In this document: in pieces, positions 29,203-41,585 of the stretch
Layout of the letters: each line of letters starts with the position of its first letter
Numbering within the stretch: position 1 is the first letter of the stretch
DNA from: the human T2T-CHM13v2.0 reference genome, Homo sapiens
DNA length: 64,000 nt
Direction: 5' to 3' (one strand)
Assembly (NCBI RefSeq): GCF_009914755.1
Contig: NC_060925.1
Notes under the pieces: model-generated
Database searches by the model: none
What the model saw: the letters and a program-made list of their open reading frames with translations, nothing else
Told to the model about the DNA's origin: nothing
Translations under genes and position numbers: made by a program

Positions 29203-32200
29203 TCAGCATTCATTCTTTGGAATCACTAAATCCAAGCATTCTCTCATCAGCACGTCCATGCTTGACTGGAAGCAGATACAGGAAAAATATAGGAACAGCC
29301 AATTTGCCATATCAGATCAGACCACATATTTATCTATTTCTGTACTTTGCCTCTGGGAGTGACCAGTTGGTAATGTTTCATTAGGAAGGCGGGAGGGAAA
29401 AAAAATCAAACAACAACAAAAAAATACATTCTACAAACCTGCTTTAGACACTCATTCCCCAGTCAAGAAAGCACTTTACAATCTTCTATTCTCATGCTCT
29501 TTTATCATTTTTTTTCCCCTGTGCACCTTCCCAACCCATATCAAACTTAAAATAATTACCGCAAATGTCATTTGAGTGTTCCATGAAATATTTTGGCAAC
29601 CTTACAATTTATTGTTCACCTTTCTTTATTCCTCTTGGCTTGAGATTTACCTGTGTTTAAGAGTTGATTGTGATTTTAGGGATGAATTTTTAGGGAATAA
29701 AACAAAAAATACACTATATGATAAATAACTAGCTTTGAGTTCATAAGTGCATAGCTATAACTTTGCCTAATATAACTCTATCATAGGATGCATTGTATTA
29801 AATGATACAGTGATTCACTCTACCTGAGAATGTTCAGACAATAATTCATCTGCTTACTGTTGTGAGAAATCTGCTCATAACACTGTAGAGTGAGGTTTAT
29901 GATTGACACAATGAACATTTGTAAAAGAGTTGTGTTCTGTAAGCTAAGATTAAATTAGATCTTCAAGGATTTTAGTAAAAATTTTCCAAAATCATTTTGG
30001 AGGCAATTTGAAAAGAATTGCTAAGATTTGAATCTGAAGAATAATTGGTGAACAAACCAATGTAATGACAACTGATACTGAAGAGAAACCAGATGAAAAG
30101 ATTTAAAGAGGGAATTCCTTCAGAACTTGGGGACAGATTTCACGGAAATATAAAGAAAGCACGTAGAAACATAGTCTACCAACGTAATGTCTTTCAGTAG
30201 CAAAATTTAATGACAATAAAGCAGGGTTGTGATACTTGACAGATTTTATGCCTCACATTATGCAATTTAACATTTTTTGGTTTTTTACATGTAGGCATTT
30301 GTTTACACATGCATTTGGAGAACTTGACTGTGATGGAACATTAGACAATGTGACTTGCATGTTGACATTATCGCAATAGCATGGGTTTTATATTAGCATA
30401 TCTTTGATCATGAAAAGAAGAATTTTGCTCATTTTTATTGACTTATGGCTCAAAGAGATGGTTCTAAATAGGCAGTGCTCATATGTTTTTATTGATTTTC
30501 ATGAATAAATGCAAAGTTACAGAAATAAAAAATATGTAAAATCTGGAACATATTTCCCACCCCACCAGATTATGAAGATTTAAAACTTGATCAAAATTTG
30601 ACCCTAAATTATTTGACAATGTCCCCTTAAGCCTTTTAAGGGTCGCTTAGCATTTCCATTACAAATCTTGACTTTCAGAGGTTTAACGCTTGGCAGTTTA
30701 AAGTTGCAGGAGCCTGGAACTTATACAAGTTGTCAGTCCAGATGTTTTTTATTTATTTGTGTGAGGTTGTTCCTTTTTTTTTTTTAACCCTCTCTTTTTT
30801 GTTTCACTGAAAGTGTTTTTAAAACTGCTGGTAACTTCTAAAGCATACAAAAATTAAAAGCTTTAAGCTTTTGTTCTGCACCAGAGCCATAAATACTTTC
30901 ATTTTGAAATATAACGTGTAGAGAATTACACTTACTTCCCACCCCGTGATGAAAATAAGTCAATCCAATTTGATTCTAGAATCTCTTACATGTATTATGA
31001 CAAGGATGATAAATAAAATAAATTTTAAAGTCAACAAGAAATAGAAATCTGAAGGTACTAAACCAAATTGAAGAAACCCTATTAAATGGACAAGTTATTT
31101 GGCAAATGTACAAAGAAAAAAATGATTCCAGATTAATTGTTAAAAAAAAAAAGTCCTTGATGTATTTTACCCAGCACGTCAAACCAGCAAGTATGTGGAA
31201 GGAGGTTTGAATCCTAGATGGAAGGTGCTGAATACTCAGAATCAAGTTCAAATTAAATAATGTTTTTAGTGCTTACATTTTCTGTCAAAAAAGCATTCCT
31301 GTTAGCGACTGTACTTGCTTTTTAAGAACCTGAATGACTACATAGGTGACAAAGTTATAAACCCCTTCCAAGAGCTGACAAGTGTCTAAGTCAGTTTAAA
31401 AAGATTAAGAGCGGCTCCCTTGTTCTAAAATTATACAAAAGTGCCATTTCACTTTTCAAGCAATTTGAAAGCCATTCATTTCAGTGGCAGGTAGCCAAAA
31501 CACAAAAGCCAGAGAATGGCAGCAGAGATGTCATACCGGCATACACAGATGTTTTCCAAAGGTTTGTACTGCTTCTAACCTCAAAGGCACAGCCTCAATA
31601 GGTTGCACAGACAAAGGAGTCACCGCAAAGATCTGCACTAGGTGCACACACGTGTGCTGGGTTCTAGCATGCCCTGACTTACCCACAATGCTTGTGACTC
31701 TGTCACTTGACTCTTGAGCCCGGATGCCCAAGTTAAAGAGTTGAGGGTGACAGAACAGAATTTGTATCATCCCAAATACCTGATGGACAAAGTCTCAACA
31801 TATCAGTGGACATTCTGATGGGCCACACCTGAGTTTTAGTTTCTGAAATCGTCTTGCTGTTTATTTACCTCTGAGGAATCAGTTAGAATGACACAAAACC
31901 CAGCAAAATACCCCCACCTGATGTATTTGAAATATAACTTTACACAACCAGCTTAAACTCTAGCTGTGAAAACTTGAATTTAAACAGCCTGAAATTGCAT
32001 ATAGTTTAAGTCTTAGGTCAGGCAGTGTGCTAGTTCTGGGGGTTCTGGAGGATACTAGTTTAGATAAGCAAGATAATCTTGGAAAATGAAAAATTTTGTT
32101 GTACCTCGAAATTCTAGCTTCAATTCTTTAAGACAATGGCGATTAAATAAGGGTTAGTGTTATATGGCCTTCCTATCAACTTAAGATATGCCATGTGAGA

Positions 32201-32759
32201 GAGGAAAGTGGTTTTTAAAGCTCCGTTGGTAAATTTTATGTACCTGTTTAGTTCACAGCCATTCTTTTTAGTCATCTAAACACTTTTGTTGTAGAAGGGA
32301 GACATATACATAAGCAATCAGGTAGAGTTAAAGCAGTAGCAATGGAATCAAAGGGAAAAGAGTGTTTAAGTTTGAGTAGTAAAGTCAGTTAACTCACTGA
32401 GTCAATTAACTCTATTGAAGGGGTTAATTAGGTCAGGTCAAGCAGGGATTTGGGAATGGGATAGAAAAACAAAACAATTTTTTTTAAATATTCAAAGAGA
32501 TGATAGTTTTGGAACATAAATTGAGTGTTGGGGGTGAAAAAGCGTTGGAGGTAATAATATCTAATGTATAATGAATGCTTGCTTACTACATAGTGGGCAA
32601 TATTCTGCATATATACGTACGTTAATCATCACAAGAACTTGATAAATGGGTGTTATGATTAACCTCACTTTATATCTCAAAATTTGCACCCAGGCAGTCT
32701 CTCTTCCAGACCCTTACATGTAGGCACTTCCCATACTGCCTGAGTGTTGTAAATGAGAC

Positions 32760-33600
32760 TGCATTGCCATGAAAGGTATGAGAATCGGATCCTTGCTTGA
32801 CAGATAAACAGTTCAGATTGGGTCCTTTTATTCCATAAATATTAGGGAGCCTCTGAAGATTTTTGAGCAGGTAAAGGCCACAACCAGATTTGCTTGTTAT
32901 CTGAATTAAGGATAGAATGATAAGAAACAAGTTTGGGAGGAGAGGAACAAGAGTGTAGGACAGAGTTCTGATGGCTGGGCCTCAGAGCACACCAGAACCT
33001 AGAAAAGATGCAGATTCAGGGGCTCCACTACGGCTGCAAATGAGAATTTCAGGGATGATGAGAGCTTTAAAGACCAAAACAAGGAATTTAGAAAAAGGAA
33101 AATAGATTGAAAGACAAATTTGTAATGAAGATTTTACAGGATATGATGATTGATTGGATGTAGAAAGGTGAAGAAGAGAAAAAAATCTAGACTGATTCCA
33201 AGGTTGGCACATGGAAGCTCATTGAAGAGCAATGTCTTCAAAAACTTAGAAAACTGAAGAGGGAGAAAAGGGTGAGTATGCCACATTTCAAGTGGCCCTG
33301 GGATGATAGTGTGAACGTGTCAAGGATGCTATGGCTCTGGATCTCACAAGAGAAGCCTTGACAGGCTAGCTGTTGGCAGTCACCAGCGAGCTAAAGGTAA
33401 GTGAAATCATGCGAAAGGGCGACAGCGTCCCAGGTAAAATGTGTAGTATAAGAGAAAGGCTCAGGCATGAATCTTTGAGAAGCGTAGCATTTAATAGGTG
33501 ACTATAGAATGACTAGAATGACATGTCTGCAGAGTGTCACAGAAACTGAAGGGCTGAAAAGGGAGAGTAACAGCACCAAAGAACTCTGATATGAGAATTT
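32760..33600 (-). mobile_element. L2 fragments, with a MER5-like fragment at about 32975-33060
   Basis: tagggagcctctgaagatttttgagcagg and gatgattgattggatgta..gattccaaggtt are antisense L2; gatgcagattcaggggctccact..aatgagaatttc is MER5-like. Confidence 0.6.
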
Positions 33601-34689
33601 GGAAGTAAGAAAGGGTGGCAATAAACAGCATAGACTTTGGAGTCCAGCAGACTTGGAGTCTAATTTAATGGGTAGTTCCTATAAGCCAGGCATTCAACAG
33701 TATTATATATGCATCATTTTATTTAATCCTCACAAATAACCCTACAAGAAAACTACAATTACTCATCTCATCTCACTAGTAGGGCAAATAAATCTTAGAG
33801 AAGTTTAGGAACTTGCTCAAGGACACTTAACTAGTTAATGATGAAACTAATATTCTGTTTCTTCCCCTACAGCCAGAATTCCTAATCGGATTCTAAGCTT
33901 CCTCTGTAAATCCATACTCTGAATGCAAAAATATGTGTATCTTTTTGAACATTGTGTTTTCTTGTACCTAATACACAACCAGAACCAGATTAGTTTTTCA
34001 ATAAGCATTTATTGAATGAAAGAAAGAACAAGAGTTGAAGGATAACTGTGCATGTTTCTTCTCATCATGTTATCCCCTCCCAAAATGCCTTCCCACTAAA
34101 CTTATTTGAAAACAGCACATCACTCATCTCTCATCCACATCATAAAGCCTACCCTGACAACCCCATCCAAAGACAGGCCTCGTTTTCCTGTACTCATGCA
34201 TTCATGTGTGCCGCTTTCATAGAATGTATTCTATCTTGTCTTGTATAATTAATTCCCTTTTTGGATTCTTATATTTTGCTTCACAAGAAGGCAGCAAGCT
34301 TGCAAGGACAGAAATATATGCCTGTATTCCTCGCTGTCAACTAGTCCCATGCCTTTTACCAAATAGGTCTTAGTAATTGTTTGCTGATTTATTTAACTAA
34401 TTAAAATCAGGGAATATAAAATGGCATTTAACCCGTGGCTGCCTCACAAATACAACGTTCTGCCCTTCATCTTTTCCAGACATATTTCAAAGGATGTAAA
34501 AAATAGACTTTCAGAAAAGCAACTGTATAGGAAAAAAATACGTGCCAGGCATTCAGTTACTCTCTCTGTAAAGCTCTTTGCTACTTATCATTGCAATAGA
34601 CAGGCTTTTTCTATGTTTTAATAAATCCCAATGTTCATAGCTTTATGTCTTACGCATTTCAAGTTATATTTGGTTGAAACTTGGCATAC

Positions 34690-35009
<320 letters not shown>

Positions 35010-35234
35010 TTACTTGTGTCAATCCAAAAAAGTTTCTTAATCTATAGACTTCTTTGGATTAATGGCACAAAAAGTAAGTGACCAAGTATCTGAGGTGCCT
35101 AGCTGGATAAAAGTGAAGGTTTATAGTTGTCCATAAAAGAAACACAACGCCTGTTGCCATTTGGAAAAGAAAGCATTACAGCACAAGAAGTGTACTACAG
35201 AGGCCAACATGCAGAACCCTGCATGGGAAGACAA

Positions 35235-35445
35235 GAGACTATTAGAAGCAGGTTCACCCTGGGCCTGCAGCTTCTGAATTCCCACAGGTGTTCTGTAGGC
35301 AACAAGAGCCTCTTTTTATGTGTCATTACCAGGAGAATGGTGACCTACTCGCTCCCAGCCAGACCTGACCTTATCTCTGTCTTCGTAACCCCTGGATTAG
35401 ACTATTGCTCTGCATTTATACAGATAACACTGACAACTGCCTAAG
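35235..35445 (+). mobile_element. Ancient L2-clade LINE reverse-transcriptase fossil (possibly AmnL2-1-like)
   Basis: Translation ETIRSRFTLGLQLL..SLFL..RRM..DLISVFVTPGLDYCSAF parallels the L2-clade ORF2 pattern VRSLGVxLDxxL..SAFY.LR..DLxxVIHAFVTSRLDYCNAL. Confidence 0.55.
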
Positions 35446-36209
35446 ACCCTCATCTTGTGCCAAATTAAGAAAAAAATGTGTTCTTACTCCCATTGTTACA
35501 TATTTTTTTCCTCCTGGTATTATTTTTTTATCTCAGGGTATGAACAATGTTAGCTTCAGGATCCCCAACCAAATGCTTACCAATTGACATGAAATTACCC
35601 TATCGGGTAATGATTTGCCAGTGGGAAGAGATAAGAAAAACCTGAGATGGCCTGGAGGACAATTCTCAAATGTTACTCTCACTCCCACCTCTAATATTTA
35701 TACAATTTCTCTCCTCAATTAGATTTAAAATGAGCTAAGAGACATGGTGTTTTCTCTAACAGGAATGTTAAAAAATTAAAGATGCTGAAACGCACATAAA
35801 ATTTCACTGAGGCTTAGGTTATACATTGCAAAATGCTAATTCCTTTCAGAGAAGATTCTCAATTCACATAAAAAAGATGTGGATCAATGGAAACAATATG
35901 AGCTTTTCACCAGACATGGAATCAAATTCTGTGTCTTCTGATTACTATATGACCTTGGCCACATTACTAAGTCTGAAACTAACTTTTTTTTTGTAAGGGA
36001 GGGAGAACTCAGAAAATTAGAAAGCAAGAAAGATTAAGAAAAAAGAAGTGAGAAGGTCTCATCCTCTTCTTTGTGAAGGAATCTCTGATTATTTTCTCTG
36101 CATTATGAAGTGATATGTACTCAAGACTCTTCTGACAGAAACCTTCTAAGCATCTTCTCAGTGGGATGTTTCTGTTTGTCTTCAGGAGAGCATTAAGAAG
36201 TTTCTTTTT

Positions 36210-36544
<335 letters not shown>

Positions 36545-37164
36545 TCATTAAGAATCACACATTTCCCTTTATCTAAGGTACTAGGTACTTAAAGCTCATC
36601 TGTCCAAGGAATAGCTAGGTAATGGCTGCTAACATCCAAAGGCCTTATGAGAAAGAGCATAAACACAGCAAGACACATCATCCTGGGTCGCTCCTCCTCT
36701 TCCTCCTGCTTCTTTGAAGGAGCAAACACTGAAGGAAGAACACTGTGACTCTTTGGACTTTCTCAGGCCTTGCTCACTCTTTGCACCATGATTTATGTTC
36801 ATAGCCTATGAAAAATTAATATTTTGTGATTAGGCTCCCAGATTCCCTCTCTCTTCAGTGTTTAGATTGTAAATATCCTACACCTGCATATATAACACCA
36901 GCCTCCCCCAACCTGTAAGTTTTCATTCTAGGCTCCTTTATATTCAGTTGATTGCTTTGCTAAGCCCTCTATATCCACTAAAGTCATTCATCTTCACTCT
37001 TTTACCAGCCATTTCTTTCAAAGTTTTCAGCAGATTTATTAGGATATAACTCAATGTTTTTTACCTCTTTACTTTTTTGTAGTGTGATATCATGGAAAAA
37101 AAATTAAACAGTTAAAAAAATCTTAGCACCATTTTGGATAATTTTTCAGAATTTCAGAAATTCC

Positions 37165-37540
37165 TTATTATTTAATCTTTACAATAATGATATGATATAA
37201 ATAACATTAACACCACCATTTTACAGGTAGAATAAAGAAAGCTTGGCTGGGGCAGGCAGGCTTGGGGGTAGAAGGTAGGAAGTTAATACATTGCCTAAGG
37301 TCCTACAGCCAATAACTAATAAAATCTGTATATAAACCCAGGTCTCCTGGCTCTAATGTGCATGCCATTTTCACTAAGCTGTTGTGCCTCTGAAGTTAGT
37401 TAAACTCTTTAAGCTTAAATTTATTCATTTACAAAATGAGGATATTAATCTCTGCATAGCTCAGAATGCTGTTATGGAAATCAAATAAGTGAAAGTGCTT
37501 GATAAACATTCAAATGTTATAAGAATATGGGGGTAATAAT
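37165..37540. mobile_element. Two MIR fragments in opposite orientation
   Basis: ccattttacaggtag..cctaaggtcctacagc (antisense) then tcatttacaaaatgaggatattaat..gttatggaaatcaaat (sense). Confidence 0.65.
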
Positions 37541-39179
37541 AAAGTAAATTAGCAAAAGCTGAATAACAATCATTTTCTTATAAGTCATTATACACATTAA
37601 ACTAAAAGACACTTATTAATATTAGCCTTTTTTATTACAAGAATCAAGCCCCCAGCGTGAAAATTAGACCTCTAATTCCCTTGTCAACATAATTTGTTTT
37701 AAAAATCACAAAAGCTAATTTGTGGAAACAAGGTAGATTTTAGACTTTTTAAACTGTGTGACAGAGGGTGAATTTCCAAGGCAATGTGGGAAAAGATGGG
37801 TTTTTCATAAGCAGATATGAGAATATTTTTCCCACATCATGTGAATAAGGTGCAGTGAAGGAAAGTGGTGACCTCGGCTCTCTTGGAATGAATGTGTCTT
37901 GATGACTAAGTTGAAGATGCCATTGTATGCCCTGTGTACTCAGGGTAAAGTACAAGCATTGAATCCAGATTTTCCAGAAGTTGATAGTGTCCTAGATTTT
38001 TGCTGTATTAAATTCAGTCTGAGCCCCTGAATAATCCCAATTCAAAAACAGATATGTGTGCAGTAGAGACCCCAATTTTGTGTTCTTTCATTTCTTCAGA
38101 GATATAGAACATATGAAATTTTCTTTCTAGTGTACATTTCATTTATAGTTTGATTAACTTCCACTGGTGCAGTTAAAAATCAACCTGGATAGGACAGCTT
38201 TGTTTTTTCATCTTGCACTGTAGAGATTCCAAAATTCTTGTCACTTTGGAAATCATGAAAATATGTGATTTATGTTAAGTACCTACTGTTGTCCTCACCT
38301 AGATAAAACAGTAAGTGAAACAGATGAGTTATAATAGGAAAGCAAGATAGTAATTAATCAATTACACAAACTTATAATTAGAAATTTTCATCAGTTCTAT
38401 ACAGAAGAATTACCTGGTGGTAGGAGAGAGATCTACTCCGTAGGATGAAGGAAAGTTCCCTAAAGAAGTGGTTTGAGCTAAAATATGGAAACTGGTCAGA
38501 AGTTAATTAGAGGAAGAGGACAGAGGAGCTGGAAGAGAGAAGAGAATCCAGGGAAAGGAAAATAGTGTATTTAAAAGTTCTGCTGTGGAAGGGACTTGGG
38601 TTCTGCCAAAGAGGTTTAAAATTTAAAAAAAATTAAAAAAAAGAAAGAAAAGAAAATCTGTGTAGTTGGGAGGTGGTATGGAAGCATGAAACATGCAAAT
38701 GGAGGCCAGATCATACTTGAGCATAGACATATCCTTGAGTAAGAACAATAAATGAGCAGGCCTTAAAAATGACTGTGTTAGCCTAATACGTATATTTGAT
38801 TACTTCATTCTGATACGTTTATTGAACATCTGCCATTGTGAAGCATTCTGCTACAGGGTCAACTGGAGACAGAGTGGTGAATAAGACAGACTGCTGTCCA
38901 TGTAAAGCTTACAGTCTTTAGTTCCAATTCATCTTTGGGTACCTATCGTCTTCAATATACATCGCTATCCCTAGAGGTATATGGGAACAGGAGGCAAAAC
39001 TACCTTTATTTGAAATCTGTGCCTTAACAACTACATATAAGTAATGCCAACTTGGTACTTACTTGGTATTCAGTATACAGCATTAATATTTAACTCATTT
39101 TCTTAGTCAACATGAGTAAGTCATACATAATAGACATTGCTAACATGATTACAATATGATTAAGTTTTTATTTTTACCT

Positions 39180-40262
39180 TGATCTTGCCCCTAAGCTCCA
39201 GTATTAATAGTAACTACACACTTGTCATCTCTACCTAAATAGCTAATAGACATCTCAAATTTAACATTCCCCAAAGCAGAACTTTACATTTACCTACATA
39301 AATGCATTACCACCCCCAACCTGTTTCTCTTAGTCTTCCACATTCAGTGAAAGAAACCACCATTCACTTTCTGAAGCCAAAAAAAACCTATGAGCTATCC
39401 TAGATTCTTCTCTTTCCCTCATCCTTCCCACATCCAATCCATCAGCAAGTCCTTTTAGGCCTACTTTCAAAATGCCTCCAGAATTTATCTTCACAGCCTG
39501 TCTCACCTGCTATAATAGACAATAATCTATTCTCGCACAGCAGCCAGGGTGATCATTTTAAAACAATCGAATTGTGTCAGTCCTTAACTTAAAATGCTCC
39601 AATTACTTCCCATTTGAATGGAGACTGGATATTCAACATGGCCTTCAAGACTGTACATGATCTACTCTTTACCCAGTTTTCTCACTTCATTTCATGGTAT
39701 TGGAAAAGCTTCCATTTTGTGTTATAAGCTTCACTCTGCCTATTTTAATATTCCTTAAACAAATCAAGAACAGCCTTTGAACTGGCTATTTCCTCTGCTT
39801 AGAATTCTTTGTCCCTAGATCTTTAATTGACTGTTTTCTTCTGTCATCCAGTTCTCAATTCTAATATTATTTCATCAAAGAGACTTTTCCCAGCCACAAA
39901 AATAAAGAATATACCCTATATACTCAAGAAAACACAAACCAAGAGGACCAAAGGCTTTCCAGGAATGGAGGGCAGCACTAACAGGGAATGTGTTTCTGAA
40001 AAAAATAATGTGTATGCTCCTGGAACAGAGATTGTATGTTACTGGAACTCACATTATGAATATCTTACTCATCCAAATTGTTCTCTACAATTTTATGCAG
40101 GTTCATTTATGCATTGTTTTTAGTATCTTTTTAAAAATGTGCTTACTTTCTGTCTATGCCAAGTAAAATATAAATCCCATGAGAACAGGCATCATAGCCA
40201 CCTTTTCTCATATCTGTATTTCCAGGACCTAGGAAAGTGATCTGTAAATATTTATTAAAGGA
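39180..40262 (+). mobile_element. L2 3' region, interrupted at about 39905-40050 by non-L2 sequence
   Basis: catctcaaatttaacatt, catccaatccatcagcaagtcc, cagcagccagggtgatcatttta, tcaaagagacttttcccagccac, then tcccatgagaacagg..taaatatttatta. Confidence 0.8.
39908..40030 (+). repeat. Inverted repeat arm A (pairs with 41462-41585)
   Basis: Manual alignment to the reverse complement of 41462-41585 gives about 15 differences over about 124 nt. Confidence 0.95.
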
Positions 40263-41461
40263 AAGAAGAGAAGGGAAGGAAAGAAAGAAGGAGGGAAAAA
40301 AGGAAGAGAGGAAGGAAGAAAAAGAAATTACACAGCTATTTGTCCAAAAACAACAAGTTGGCATCCTTTATCTTTTATATTCTTTCTTAAGCTTGAAATA
40401 ATGTAAGAAAAAAATATTTTGCATGAAACATTCCAAATACATTTTAATGCATGCTGGGAAGAAGACTTTCTTCTGACCTAGTATCTATGTGGAAAATTTG
40501 AATAGTAAATCTGTAGATAACAGAGAAATGAAAATGATAAGAGGAAACTCCCCTCTCCCAGCCCCCATAAGAAGAAAGCCCCTAATCTTGCACTGTTGGG
40601 CAATGTTAGTTGCATTATCTTCTTTTCCCTTCAGTCTTATATTTTAAAAGAAGCAGAAAAAAGAAAGAAAACAAACCACAATGAATGTTTATTCTATTGG
40701 GCATCATTCGTTAGATGATTCACTGGGCTACATTCTCACAGTATGTATTATTCCCTCTGAGTGGCGATCCATTGATTTCCAAGTCTCTAAGCTGCCATTT
40801 TGGAGACTGCTGAGTGCAAATATTATAATGCCATTTGGGATATTCTAATGTGCTTTTTAGAAAAGTAGTCTCTCAGTAATAGTCAAACTTATCTTGATTG
40901 GGGTTTGGGCTACATTCTTGCTGAGAAAAGATGGCACTGCTTGCTCTTATGCTTTGTTTTTAGCACTTTAAAATTGACAAATTCTATCAGAGTCTTTGCC
41001 CAGAACTTCAATTATTCTAAGCAGGGTGGTCAAAGCCTTGAGGAAGTCCTTAAGTAAGTGCTCCTTAAGGACGGGAACACTGTGCTATAAATCCTGGTAT
41101 CACAAAGGACACTCAACAAATATTTGTTGAATGAATAGATAAATAAGTGAAAGTATGTTAATTTTGAATTTCTTGCTCAATTGCTTAGAAAAATAAGCAA
41201 TCTGCTTTGACAATCTGATGCTTCCACTTTAAGCAACAGAGAGTGAAATAGAAACTTTCCTTAAAGTACAAAAGGGATAAACACTTTCTTTTCCCTGAAT
41301 ATTTTATGCAAGAAATGCTTATTCAGTACCTATTATATACAGGGCATTGGAATGAACAAGAGCAATTTTTGATATCTGTCCTAAAAGAAAATCTATTCAG
41401 AGACAACCCCATGAAACCTCATAGCTATCTATAGATTTTTTTCCTCCCCCATTCAATAACC

Positions 41462-41585
41462 CTCTGTTCCAGTAGCATACACTATGGTTTTTTTTTAGAA
41501 ACAAATTCCTGGTTAGTCTGCCCTCCATTCCCGGAAAGCCCTTGGTCCTCTTGGTTTGTGTTTTCTTAAGTATTTAGAGTATATT
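41462..41585 (-). repeat. Inverted repeat arm B (pairs with 39908-40030)
   Basis: Reverse complement reads aatatactctaaatacttaagaaaacacaaaccaagaggaccaagggctttccgggaatggagggcag...gtgtatgctactggaacagag. Confidence 0.95.

Noticed and set aside
37124-37140. TAGCACCATTT resembles the miR-29 5' end
   Set aside because: Match stops after 11 nt and there is no precursor hairpin.
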